Shown piece by piece: positions 12,757 to 24,583 of a stretch of 64,000 nt of DNA. This stretch comes from Leucoraja erinacea (lineage: Eukaryota). Position 1 is the stretch's first letter; each line of letters starts with the position of its first letter. The notes beneath the pieces are model-generated. The model did not search any database. It was given only the letters and a program-made list of their open reading frames with translations, and was not told the origin of the DNA. Location: assembly GCF_028641065.1 (NCBI RefSeq), contig NC_073386.1, positions 21,328,001 to 21,392,000 on the forward strand, in the 5' to 3' direction. The translations under genes were made by a program, and so were the position numbers.

Positions 12757-12855
12757 CGAAGGTAGACACAAAATGCTGGAGTAACTCAGCGGGACAGACA
12801 GCACCTCTGGAGAGAAAGAATGGGTGACGTTTCGGGTCGAGACCCTTCTTCAGAA
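12757..12855 (-). mobile_element. Penelope-like pLTR fragment
   Basis: GTAGACACAAAATGCTGGAGTAACTCAGCGGG...GACGTTTCGGGTCGAGACCCTTCTTCAG. Confidence 0.8.
12823..12854 (-). ncRNA. Minimal hammerhead ribozyme motif (intact core, GUC cleavage triplet)
   Basis: Minus strand reads CUGAAGA-A-GGGU(CUCG)ACCC-GAAAC-GUC. Confidence 0.65.
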
Positions 12856-13197
12856 AATCCTTCAATTGGTTGCATCACCATGAACATTTTTAAAATTCTG
12901 GCATTTTATTGCGTACACATGAAATTATTTTGAAAAAGACTGGTATCGCAATGTTTTTACTTGGGACTCGGGACTTAGTTGAGGTCTGAAATCTGCTTCC
13001 ACCTACTGGACATTTCATTTCAACACCAGAGTCCGGGCAGTCACCAGGAACCTGATGTTACACACAGGGCTTCCCTTCACGCCTAGGCCCAAACTCTTCA
13101 TTCTAACGTTTGTATCAGTAATGAATACGAACAATACATAATTACGAAGAGGACGTTCTCCAATTATTGATGCAAAACACGTGTTCCTAGTACTCAC

Positions 13198-13265
13198 CCC
13201 AAAAACGAGCTGAGTTTTTTTCCCTTTAATTTTCCGACTGCGCTTTCCGCAGAACAGTGTGTGTA
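13198..13265 (-). other. DMAP1: Putative DMAP1 non-coding first exon
   Basis: Strong donor GGG|gtgagt at 13197-13192 directly downstream of a housekeeping promoter cluster; the 5' end is approximate. Confidence 0.5.
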
Positions 13266-13269
13266 GGCC

Positions 13270-13352
13270 GAGGTGCATTGTGGGAGATGGCTCTGCGCAT
13301 GTGCGGATTACGCGGCACGTCGGGAATTGTAGTTCGAAACGTGGGGCGGGAA
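13270..13352 (-). promoter_or_regulatory. DMAP1 promoter: ZNF143/THAP11 (ACTACAATTCCC), NRF1-like site and GC box
   Basis: GGGAATTGTAGT 13322-13333, GCATTGTGGGA 13275-13285, TGCGCATGTGCG ~13294-13305, GGGGCGGG ~13343-13350, all in CpG-rich sequence. Confidence 0.7.
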
Positions 13353-13371
13353 TTAATTTGCAGCAAATAAA

Positions 13372-13678
13372 CACAAAATTGCGGAATAATTCAGTGGGTC
13401 AGGCAGCACCTCTGGAGAATAGGATAGACTGAATGTGGGGTTCGATCTGAAATGCCGCCCATTCCTTCTTGTTCTCTCCAGAGATGCTGAATGTCCCGAA
13501 ACCAGAAGGGTTTCGGCCCGAAACGTCGCCTATTTCCTTCGCTCCATAGATGCTGCTGCACCCGCTGAGTTTCTCCAGCTTTTCTGTGTAACCTTCGATT
13601 CTCCAGCATCTGCAGTTCCCTCTTAAAAACTAAATGCTGAATGTCCCGCTGAGTTTCTACAGCAATTTGTGTCTAGTG
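13372..13678. mobile_element. Nested Penelope pLTR fragments
   Basis: A younger copy at 13499-13633 sits inside an older palindromic copy, with a 15-bp TSD ATGCTGAATGTCCCG (13484-13498, 13634-13648). Confidence 0.75.
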
Positions 13679-14091
13679 TAAATTTACAGAAATGTGAGGC
13701 GGCACCGGTGGAAAGAGAACCAAAGTTAATGTTTCGTGTGTAGGACCATTCATCAAACGGATTTTAATGTGATAGGTTTCGAAACCAAAATGACCAGCTC
13801 TGTTTCTAATCCTACAGGTATTGTATTGATATACTGAGTTTTTTCCAGCAATTTCTGTTTTTATTTTAAAATAGCTAGTATTTTTTCCACCGTTATTTTC
13901 AGTGTTTTAGAGGAGTTGATGGATTCGCCAATACTGGAAACGTTTCACAGATCATGTATCTAAACTGTAAAAGGCTCGATTGCTAACTAGATAGTACGCA
14001 ACAAAAACTTTTCACTGTACTTCGGTACACGTGATATAAAGTAAATTGAGAAGCCGTTGAAAGCAGCGGCTGAGATGATCAGTGAAACATT

Positions 14092-14262
14092 AAGCGCTGA
14101 AATAACTCAACGCGTCGGGCGCATCTGGGGAGAGACTGGACAGACGACGTTTCGGGACGGGATCCATCGTCAATCTGAAGCTGACCCCCGAGACGTCGTC
14201 TGTCCATTCTCTCCACTGATGTGCACGTGCTGCCTGATCCGGTGAGTTACTCCAGCATATAT
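14092..14262. mobile_element. Palindromic Penelope pLTR remnant at the edge of the HORMAD CpG island
   Basis: GGACAGACGACGTTTCGGG ... CCCGAGACGTCGTCTGTCC inverted arms; GAGTTACTCCAGCA end. Confidence 0.65.
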
Positions 14263-14279
14263 GTCCAGTGTCCGCAATC

Positions 14280-14720
14280 ACCACTTGCACGAAGTGTTTC
14301 TGCGAGGAAACAACCGCGGGTGGGGTGGGCGCGCGCACTGGGGAGGGAGAGCGCGCGAAGGTGCTCGAGCCAGACGTTGAGTGAAAAAGGCGCGGGAACT
14401 GGCGAAGGAGCGCTCGAGGCGGGCGTGAGAGCAGATGCGGGAGGATCGAGGCGGGTGCGGTCGCGCGGGAGCAGGTGAAGGCTCGAGGCGGGCATCGCGC
14501 GATGGGAGTAGGTGAGGGAACGAGGGGAGCGTGAGGCGGACATGGGTGTAGGAGTAAATGGGGGGAGCGTGAGGCGGATATGGGATGTAGGAGTAAATGA
14601 GGGGAGCTGGAGGAGGGGGAGCTTGGGAGTAAATGAGGGGAGCGTGAGGCGGACGCGCGGGAGTAAATGGGGGAGCGTGGGGCGGGAAGGTGAGGTGAGG
14701 ACGGGTGAACGAACAGATAG
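14280..14720 (+). promoter_or_regulatory. CpG island: promoter and non-coding first exon of the HORMAD-like gene
   Basis: Very CpG-dense, five GCGGGA motifs, candidate donors CAG|gtgaag (14475) and TAG|gtgagg (14512), and a G-rich minisatellite at 14520-14700; lies upstream of the acceptor at 18912. Confidence 0.6.
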
Positions 14721-15114
14721 AGAGGGGCAGTCCACTTAAGAGAGTCGGTATTAGACCGCGAGGGCAATCGTGTAGGAGATGGACCTACCACACAGGGTGT
14801 AGATAGTAATTAGTCAAACAGGACTTGTCATATCTCCGGTGAATTTCACCTTTGACAGTAAATTCCATGGTTGTTATTTCATTAAGTTCTGGACCTTTGT
14901 GAAATCTTTGCCATTTACTTGTCCACCACTACTATGCATGACCAGATGTTGCAGATCTTTGATTGAAATCCATCGTTTTCCTAACATAGAGTAAGAATAC
15001 AAATTAAACAGTACTTGGAAGGGACAGGCTCCATACAGTCTGAGAATGTCTGAAAAGCTAGCTTCTTCCAGCTTTGGACGATAGCTAAAATAAAACAATT
15101 CCTCCAGTTTGATG

Positions 15115-15720
15115 ACCTCGAAAATATCCACACGTTTATCTCCTCCCGCCTAGATTACGGCAACTCCCTCTACACTGGCATCAGCCAATCTTCCCTGTCC
15201 TGCCTGCAACTGGTCCAAAACGCCGCAGCGAGACTCCTGACGGGCAGCCGAAAAAGGGACCACATCATCCCGATTCTGGCCTCTCCACTGGCTCCCTGTG
15301 CGGTTCCGAATATATTTCAAGATCCTCCTTTATGTCTACAAAGCCCTTAACGGGCTTGCCACACCTACATCAAAAGTCTGCTTACCCACCTCCAGGTCCC
15401 TCAGATCGGCCGACTTGGGGTTACTGAACATCCCGCGTTCTAGGCATTAGCTCAGGGGCGACCGTGCCTTTGCTATTGCAGCTCCTAGACTGAGGAACAG
15501 CAGCCCTCTTCTCTTCGGAACTGCCTCCTCCATCGACTACTTTAAGTTGAGACTTTAGTAGTCTTTACTCTCAAGCCTTTCTTGACATCCTCTGAGGGAG
15601 GGCTATATGTATGTACTTAATCTATGAACCAATGTTGTATAACGTTAGTACCTCCACCAATGTAAAGCACTGTGGCCAACGAGAGTTGTTTAAATGGGCT
15701 ATAGAAATAAGTGACTTGAA
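15115..15720 (+). mobile_element. L2 LINE 3' fragment
   Basis: FISSRLDYGNSLYTGI...LQLVQNAAARLLT...DHIIPILA; 3' end GGGCTATAGAAATAAGTGACTTGA. Confidence 0.85.
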
Positions 15721-15974
15721 TATGAGAGAAAAGCCGGAAAATATGAAATAGGTTAAATATGTAAATAGAAAGAGAAAAATAATATTCGAAGAGCATGAAA
15801 TAAGAGTATGAAAGTGAATTTGGCAGTACATACTGAAGGGTATAGAATGAAAGATCAATGGTCCGAGAAAACAAGCAATAGACTGAAAATAAAAGACAGG
15901 ATTTAATGGTGACAGAGAGAATGACCGGACGGGTGTGGGAGTGGCACGGTTGGTTTTAATAATAATTGGGATAA

Positions 15975-17775
15975 TCTATATTACTAAAACCCTTCTCTTG
16001 TTTGTTTGTATGTATATGTGTGTGTCATCTGGGCACAATCTGGTTTCTTCCAAACGCTAGGCCACAGCCTTCACACATTTTACTCACATTTTTCCCATTG
16101 AGGCGATAACCATCTTCCCGTCGTATTCCCACCTATATTTCTGAACTTTAAATTGTTTAAAGTTTTAAAAACAGCCTGAAGACTCACCCATTTTGGAAAA
16201 AAACCCCGAATGAAGTCACAATGCACTCGCAAGGCAGAACAGGACACTCCGGGAGGGAGGGGCACTCCAGCGCTCGCTGTGGTGGTAGATGCCGACGCCC
16301 GACGGGGATGGAAGAGCTGGAGTGAGGGCTGAGCCCGGGGCTTGGGATGGGGCAGTGACCGGGACGAACCCGTAGATGAAATCGTAGCCTGCACTATAGC
16401 CCAGGCGGCGGCCGAGCTGACGGCTGGAGTCTACAGCCAGGGCCAGGCCGAGTACGAGAACCAGGCTGAGTTCCAGGCACTGGCACTGCTCTATGACCTG
16501 GGTAGGTCCCGGGGCAGGGAATGGAAGGGAGGAGGATGAGGGAAATGAGCAGGGAGATGGCAAAGGGAGTGGGGTGGGGGATAGGAGGGGGGGGGGGGGG
16601 GGGGGAGGAGGGGGAGGGAGGAGGGAGATGGGGGAGATGGGGCCCTATCTCCCAGAGGGAGATCTACCCTTACTCCCCCTCTCTCCCCCCCCCCCCCCCC
16701 CCCCCTCTCTACCCCCCCCTGTGTCTACCCCTATCTCTCTATCACCTCCCACTCTCTACCTCTCTCTCTCTCCCTCCCTCTTCTCCCTCCCCTCCCTCCC
16801 CCCCCCCCTCCCTCTACCCCCCCCCCTCCCCCCCCCCCTCTCTCTATCCCTCCCCCTCTCTCTATCCCCTCCCCCTCTCTCTATCCCCCCTCCCTCTTCT
16901 CTATCCCTCCCCTATCCTCTCCCCCCCCTCTATCCCCCCCCCCCCCTCTATCCCCTCCCCTCTATCCCTCTCCCACCCTCCCTCCGTATCTACCCCTTAC
17001 TCCCACCCCCTCCTCTACCCCCCCCCGCCCTCTCTACCTCCCTCCCTCCCCCCCTCTCTACCCCCTCCCCCCCTCTCCCCCCCCTCCCTATCTATCCCCC
17101 ACTCCCCCCCCCTCCTCTCCCCCCCTCTCCCCTCCCCCCCCTCTCCCCCCTCCCCCCCCCCCCCCTCTCCCCCCCTCCCCCCCTCCCCCCCCCTCCCCCC
17201 CTCCCCCCCCCCCCCCCCTATCCCCCCCCCCCCCCCTCTCNNNNNNNNNNNNNNNNNNNNNNNNNNNNNNNNNNNNNNNNNNNNNNNNNNNNNNNNNNNN
17301 NNNNNNNNNNNNNNNNNNNNNNNNNNNNNNNNNNNNNNNNNNNNNNNNNNNNNNNNNNNNNNNNNNNNNNNNNNNNNNNNNNNNNNNNNNNNNNNNNNNN
17401 NNNNNNNNNNNNNNNNNNNNNNNNNNNNNCCCCCTCTCTACCATCCCCCCCCCTCTCTATCCCCCCCTCTCTCCCCCCCCCCTCTCCCCCCTCCCCCCCA
17501 CTCTACCCTCCCTCCCTCTCTACCATCCCTCCCTCTCTCTACCATTCCTCCCCCTCCACCCCCCCTCTCTCTCCCCCCCCCCCCCCCCCCCCCTCTCTAG
17601 GGATTGAAGAGGGAGGGTGAAGAAGAGATGGGGAGAAATGAGCCGCGCCTGTGCAGTTGGGGGCTATGCGAGTGGTGGAGTATTGCGTTGGGGGAACTGC
17701 TTGCATTGGGGGAACGGATGAGTGGTGGAATCTTGCGTTGGGGGAGAAGACCCAACGGGTCTGCACTTGGTCTTG
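15975..17775 (+). mobile_element. Non-autonomous Helitron-like element containing a C-rich satellite and an assembly gap
   Basis: A|TCTATATTACTAAAA 5' end; subterminal hairpin AGACCC-AAC-GGGTCT (17748-17762) then CTTG|T (degenerate CTAG); no TSD. Confidence 0.6.
16670..17600. repeat. C/T-rich low-complexity tandem repeat spanning an N gap (17241-17429)
   Basis: Runs of CCCCCTCTCTA(T/C)CCC units and 189 N's. Confidence 0.95.
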
Positions 17776-17834
17776 TGGTTAATAAAGAGCAGTCGCTCGC
17801 TGCTCAGAGTTCCAAGCACTGGTCTGCACGGCTA

Positions 17835-18005
17835 CGTTTGGAGATTCAGCAGGGAAACAGGCCCTTCAGGCCATCGAGTCCACACTGATCACCTGTTCAC
17901 ACTGTGTTATCCTACTTTCACATTCGTCCATATTAGGGGCAATTTTACAGATGCCGATAAACCCACAAACTGCATGTCTTTGGGATGTGGAAGGAAACAC
18001 GTGGT
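17835..18005 (-). mobile_element. HE1/V-SINE fragment
   Basis: GGAAACAGGCCCTTC...GGGCAATTTTACAG...TCTTTGGGATGTGG. Confidence 0.7.
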
Positions 18006-18955
18006 CACATGGAGTGCAAGTGAACAAGAGTATAAAGAAATAATACACATATAACAACAGGAAACAAGGTGAAGCCTCCAAGGGCAGAATTTTTTAAAAG
18101 AAGCACGAAAGGTGAAAGATAAAGTATACTGAAAAGATAATAAAAACCTTAAGAGTACGTATGGATAATAAAGCAGGGGAGAACCCGACATGTTAAACCA
18201 CACACAAAATGGGGCAGCATAAGAAAATGAGAGGAAGGGAAAAGATCACTGAGATAGATGGGGGACCAGAGTTGCCAACAAGGTTGTTCACTACAATTTG
18301 GAATAATTGTACTACCAAACATTTCTCACTATTTAAAATTAGATATTTTACACAAACATTGTGTATACTTTAAAACTAAGTAATATTTTTATCAAAAATA
18401 GGGAAACATTTAATTCAGAATGCAGTAATTAAGACATCAATAAATTCTTTGTTACTATGTGATGATGTTATAGCCTAACATTTGCAGAATGAATTGCTGA
18501 AGCAAGGTCTATATCACCATTTAAGAATAAGCAATTTTATTAGGTGACGGAAAAGGGATATAACAAATAGAATACATGTAGGATTAGAGCTGATAATAAA
18601 CAATTGTGGAACGAAAGGCAAAATGCTGAAGTAAAAACCAATTGGGGGGAAAAAAATGTTTTCTCTTTTCACAGATTCTGCATAACCTGATCAATATGTG
18701 TTTTGGTTGGCCCAAATTCCTATTTTTATGTAGTAATTTCTATGTTAATCCTTTTTTGTATTGTGAATAGTAAAATGTTGTAGTACAGGAGTATAAATAA
18801 TGCAGGTACGTTTGCTTTGTTCATACTGAATTTACTATTGACGAAAAAGAACAATGTTTCTTACTTATTTTAATTTCTGACTTTGAATCTATCATATATC
18901 TTTCTGCTACAGGGTTACAATTCATTAGAAATACCAAAAAAGCCTTCCTGTTTCT

Positions 18956-19003
18956 ATGGCAACCGCACAACAAATGCGAGTCTCTGAAAAGCAAAAATCT
19001 GGG
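18956..19003 (+). CDS. zte38: HORMAD1-like (probable zte38) coding exon 1 (exon starts 18913)
   Basis: ctacag|...ATG MATAQQMRVSEKQKSG|gtaaat; MATAQ start is shared with HORMAD1 and HORMAD2. Confidence 0.85.
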
Positions 19004-19650
19004 GTAAATATTTTCATTCAGTTGAAGAATAGATTTTGCAACAAAGTTTCTCTACAATCTACAACAGGATGTTAGATGTTGAAAATAAATTGTTAAATAA
19101 TGTGGATTAAGAGCTCTGTTATTGTGATTGCCATTTTGCTTGAACCTCAGTTTCTCTCTAAGATAAAAAACTAATTCAACTAAAAAATAATTTATGAGCA
19201 GTAGAACTTCAGAGAAATAAAAAGCAGTACTACTGTGTTGACTCCCATACGGGCAAATTTTTCTACCTAACCTTGCTTTAAAATATTTGTAGTTGCATAT
19301 AGAGTAACTGGTCATATGCTATGGTTCTTAAAGGGGTACACGTCCAATATTATATTAGCCACTTGCATCATATCTTTCTTAAATTGGAGGAAAGAAAACA
19401 AAAGGACAAAAAATGTTCAATTGTCCAATCCCTTTGTGTTTTAATTTTGTACTATGTCTTCCAGGTTTGGTACGAACTACCGCCAGGCTTTAATATTTTC
19501 ATTCTGGAGAGTTATAATGCATCCTCTGGTATCTATGTTAAGCATGTCTGTTTGCTTTTCTTGATGATAGGGTGCCTGTTTCTCTGATGTGGGACTCCCA
19601 TCACCATTTGATGCTGTATGACTTTGTGTGTAAGGACTGAAGGTTTAGGA

Positions 19651-20000
19651 CAGGGGTGGGGAACCTGCGGCCTTGCAGGCCATTAAGTGCAGCCTTTTGA
19701 ATGAATCCAAATTTTGTAGAACAAATCCTTTAATTTTTATTAATATGTTTTTGTTCGTCTTTTATTAGTTTTTTATTTTAATCTTAAAATGAACGTATTT
19801 AAAATACCAAAGAGTAAAAGAAGATTCAATGAAATAATCCTCCCCGACTGACGGCCACAATTAAAACATTAGTAAGTCATGAGGGCTATTTTAACAAAAT
19901 AATGTATATTTTGAAGTATTTCTAATTGAAGTTTCTTGGTTGCGGCTTTATTAGATTACAGCTAACTTAATGCGGCATTCCAACATAAAAAGGCTCCCCA
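19651..20000. mobile_element. hAT (Charlie-type) MITE
   Basis: Starts CAGGGGTGGGGAACCTGCGGCC and ends AAAAAGGCTCCCCA (degenerate TIR). Confidence 0.6.
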
Positions 20001-20033
20001 TTTTGTGTTAAAGTGATTGATCTATTCCTGTTA

Positions 20034-21041
20034 CAGGGCTCTCACAACTTTTTTTTCTATGTTTCCAGCCGGGCAGCTGTTTAGGTTGCCAAATGACAGT
20101 TTAGATGGTCATTTAAGACAGCTTGCATGACGCGTGCGATAATTTGCTCGGACGAAGTGCGTAGTTACCAATCGGAATTATGCTCAATGAAGCATTCACA
20201 TTATTTCTGCTTCAGATAAAGTCACAAACTAAACATATTCACCAATCAAGACATGATATATACCACAATGACGTGCAGCAAAATTATAATACAGTATCTC
20301 AACTCTTCTTACACATTGCAATGAAGGCAATTTCTATTATTTCTTTCCACTTCCAAACAAAAATGTGGTTGGATTATTCAGCTTAAGATAAACCTCGGTG
20401 AGACAAAGCGCAGGGCAAGCCATTGCAGTTTCAAGCGCAGGGCAAGCCAAGCCAAACAGCTCATTGCATTTTCATTCCATTGCCATTACAGTTTCATGGG
20501 CAGGCCAAGCGAAACAGCTCATTGCAGTTTCAAGCACTGGGCAGGCCAAGCCAAACAGCTCATTGCATTTTAATTTCCATTGCCATTGCAGTTTCAAGCA
20601 CATGGCAGGTCAAGCCAAACAGCTCATTGCATTTTCATTAAGGGCTAACAAATCATTTATTGCAAGTACATTGCAGACTCACAGTTCAGTTGATTCACAG
20701 CTTAGAATGAGATTCGTAGCCTCTCCCTCGCGATCTTGCAGAGTGACTGAATCATGTCCAGGTATCCGGGGTTTTATATTCCTGTTTCCCCCTCCCCCCA
20801 CCCCCGGAAGGGGCGTTAGCTTCATTGCGGAGATTGACAGGCGAGAGGATCTCACGGTTTTTTAAACACTCATAACTTTTTTATTTTTAATCAATGGGAA
20901 AAATCCTCGGGGCCTGCTCAGCTGAGGAGGACTGTGAGTAAGACGGCCAAAAATCATAGCGATATATAGTAGCGTTTTTTTCTAAAATCAATATACAGCG
21001 CCGACAGGAAGTGGTCAACTTGAGGCTTTTAATTATATAGA
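20034..21041. mobile_element. Composite DNA-transposon remnant (hAT-like left end, minisatellite 20409-20635, Helitron-like 5' end on - strand at 21041)
   Basis: CAGGGCTCTCAC start; tandem GGGCAGGCCAAGCCAAACAGCTCATTGCA units; minus-strand A|TCTATATAATTAAAA at 21041. Confidence 0.45.
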
Positions 21042-22091
21042 TTTTTGTCATTGCAGGATAACAATGTGTCTTATGAGTAGCACAAGATCTGTGAGAGGTG
21101 CAGTTGTATGTTCATCATCAACTTTGTGTAAATTTACCAATCTTCCACAATATGTACAGTGTTGCCAAAATGCAGTTTTTATTTACAGTAATTCCCGTAT
21201 TTACAAACATTTAACATATGGTTTTTCTTTTTACTTCTTGTTCTTCGCGGTACATATCTTCTGTTTACAAAGCTATTTTCCACCATAATGTATAATGTGC
21301 TGTTCTCATTTCAAAGGAATGCCCAAAATGCATTTCACCCAGTTTTCTGATTTATAAAATGTCACTAAACAAATTATTTTCCAGGACATGTCCCTTTCAT
21401 AAATCAAGGAAATCAAGTATTGTATTTAATTATTTCAAGGATGTGGACATCCGTGGCAAGACCAGCATTCATTACTCATCTTTTATTGCCCTTGAGAAAG
21501 TTTTGATGAGCCACCTTTTTGAACCATTGTAGTCTTTCTGGTAAATGCACTCTCACAGTGCTGTTGGATAGGGAGTTCCAGAATTTAGACAGGGATGATA
21601 ATGGAATGGTAAAATTTTTCAACATCAGGATAGTATGTAACTTGTGGCAGAGGAACCCACATTTGGTTGTGTATTTATCAATGTTGTGTATATGTATCAA
21701 TGTCCTCTCCTTGAAGAAAATCCATCTGTGGCACATTTAAGTGGCTTGATTGGGCAAACCACATCAGTTGCATGCTCCACATCAGAATCATGAAACAGGC
21801 ATTCCATTTGGAGCTCCATCACAGAAAGGAATTATTAAGCAAGCATGGGAAATGATTCAAGGATCTGCTCAAAACATCACTGAAATTATGCAACATCCTC
21901 TCATAATCCTGGGAATCCCTAGCCTATGATTGCTTAAAGCAGAGATGGAACATTTTGTATTGTATTAATAATGCATCAGACGCACACAGAAATCAACTGT
22001 AAACATTGGAAGGAACACACAAATAAAAAATGTAATAATCCGTCTTCCTCATCGAGTACTTCCTGCTCCATCAATGGAAGAATAGCCACAT

Positions 22092-23015
22092 TAATAATAA
22101 TAATAATAATAATAAATTTTATTTATGGGCGCCTTTCAAGAGTCTCAAGGACACCTTACAAAAATTTAGCAGGTAGAGGAAAAACATGTAAGGGGAATGA
22201 AATAAATAGTAGAGACATGACTAGTACACAAAGTAAAGACAGAATTCAATACAAAACACAATATGAGGCAATTAATGCACAGATGAAAAGGGAAGGGGAC
22301 GTGGGGCTAAGGATAGGCAGAGGTGAAGAGATGGGTCTTGAGGCGGGACTGGAAGACGGTGAGGGACACGGAATTGCGGATCAGTTGGGGGAGGGAGTTC
22401 CAGAGCCTGGGAGCTGCCCTGGAGAAGGCTCTGTCCCCAAAACTGCGGAGGTTGGACTTGTGGATGGAGAGGAAACCGGCTGATGTGGATCTGAGGGACC
22501 TTGAGGGTTGGTAGGGGGAGAGGAGGTCAGTGAGATATGGGGGGGGGCAGATGGTGGAGGGCTTTGTAGGTGAGGATCAGGACTTTGTAGTTGATCCGGT
22601 GGGAGATGGGAAGCCAGTGAAGTTGTTTGAGGACTGGAGTGATGTGATGCCAGGATTTGGTGTGGGTGATAGTCAGGTGGCTGCGTTCTGGACCAGTTGG
22701 AGTCGGTTGATGTAGGTGGAGCTGATGCCAAGGAGAAGTGAGTTGCAGTAGTCCAGTCGGGAGGAGATGAAGGCATGGATGAGTCTTTCAGCAGCGGGAG
22801 GTGTGAGAGAGGGTCTGAGTTTGGCGATGTTGCGGAGATGAAAGAAGGAGGTTTTAATGACATGGCGGATGTGAGGCTCAAGGGAGAGGGTGGAATCAAA
22901 GATCACGCCAGGGATGCGGGCCTGGGGAGATGGGGAGATGGTGGTGCCGTCGATGGTGAGAGTGGGGTTATTGATTTTGCTGAGTGGCTTTGGAGCCTAT
23001 GAGGAGGAATTCTGT
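22092..23015 (-). mobile_element. L2 LINE 3' fragment with (TAA)n tail
   Basis: IFDSTLSLEPHIRHVIKTSFFHLRNIAKLRPSLT...AFISSRLDYCNSLL...LQLVQNAA. Confidence 0.9.
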
Positions 23016-23302
23016 CTTACCGCTGTTGCGTTTAATCACTTAAGAACCCAGACTACTGAAATGGAAACAAATCATCCTTGATGCTGAGAAAATAAAAGAT
23101 AACTCTTCACCGTCTTAGTATAACAAGAGTGTTTCTCATCTTTATGCCATTTATAATTTCAAATTCCAGCATTTTGCTATCCTGGAAAACTACTTTTCCC
23201 ATTGAATCAGACCGAAGAAATGCTTTGATTATATATGAAGTCACTTGAGATTAGGTGTAGCCATGATCATCTTTGTAGCTGTGAAATGTGTCACAGATGA
23301 TG

Positions 23303-23518
23303 TCTGTACAGAGTTTGTACATTTTCCCCGTGACCTGCATGGATTTTCTCCTGGATCTCTGGTTTCCTCCCACACTCTAAAGACGTACAGATTTGTAGGT
23401 TAATTGGCTTGGTATAATTGGGTGTAGGATAGTGTTAGTGTGCAGGGATCGTTGGTCTGCGTGGGCCAAAGGGCCTGTTTCCACATCTTGGCTGTATCTC
23501 TAAAACTAAAAACTAAAG
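23303..23518 (+). mobile_element. HE1/V-SINE
   Basis: V-domain GGTTTCCTCCCACACTCTAAAGACGTACAG...GGGCCAAAGGGCCTGTTTCC and a (CTAAAA)n tail. Confidence 0.8.
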
Positions 23519-24438
23519 ATGCACTGAGCATTAGCATAGAATTAAGTATGTATTCTTGATATTGGATAATGTGCACATATTAGTTTAATTAGATTATCTG
23601 TGAGAACCTATTGGCTATTTGGGTGTTGTGCAGTTATGAAGTAAGAAAATGTAAGTGGTGTTGCAAAGAAATTGCATATGATCAAAATATCAACAGCAAG
23701 GTTCATTTGGATGGTGTGCATTTTCACTATTGTGAAATTGACAGCAACTGCATAAACATTTGGTTATCGTTGTCACCTGTGTAACCTGTTTTGTCCTAAT
23801 ATTTGTGATTAATTATCTATAATTGCCATTGACTTCGACGTAAACATGGCTGTTTTCTCCTTATTGCCATACCAGAGATATTGGACATGCTCAGACGACA
23901 CATCACTTTCTTGATGGGGTCAGGATGTAGAACAGTACAGCTCAAAAATAGGCCCTTCAATCCACAGTGTCTATGCTGAACGTGATGCCAAGACCAACTC
24001 TATTGCTATTAGATCCATGCTTGCTTGGGTTTATATGTCTTTCAGAAAGGTATAAACATCTGTTTTCTGCAAGTGAATATTAGTGTGCATTGTGGCAATG
24101 AATGTAGGAGGAATGTTGTGGGAATCCTCAAAATGTTTTCAACAATCTGGGGTTGCATTGATGAAGAGGCATCCTATTTTTTCCCCAACCAATCCTTTGG
24201 AGTTTTTAGGTATTTTGAAGGGAAAAATGAATGATAGAAATCAATTTTCGTCCAATTTTCAGGCAGTCAATTCTTATGTCTATAAATATATACATACTGC
24301 ATTACTGTAAATATAGAGCTAAAAATGGAATGCCTAATTTATTCGGTTGAGAAATAGACGTTTGTGAGGATTTTCTCATCTTGACGTGATTTTCAAATGG
24401 TTCACTTTATTTTCCTAATGTTTTTCTTGAACTGCCAG

Positions 24439-24583
24439 TGGAATGCAATATTTCCTAACGATGTAACAACACAACACCAATCCCTTGTATTTATAAAAAG
24501 AATGATGGCTGTAGGAGTATCTTGCATCACATACCTGCGTGGGATATTTCCAGAAGACGCCTATAGAACACGATACTTAGAAG
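24439..24583 (+). CDS. zte38: HORMAD1-like coding exon 2 (145 nt, start of HORMA domain)
   Basis: WNAIFPNDVTTQHQSLVFIKRMMAVGVSCITYLRGIFPEDAYRTRYLE+G|gtaaac. Confidence 0.95.

Noticed and set aside
16493-17620. Long proline-rich ORFs (375 and 359 aa)
   Set aside because: Artefacts of a C-rich satellite spanning an N gap; no splice context or protein family signature.
20409-20635. Regularly spaced repeats resembling a CRISPR array
   Set aside because: Eukaryotic context, the spacers are themselves repeated, and there are no cas genes; it is a minisatellite within a transposon remnant.
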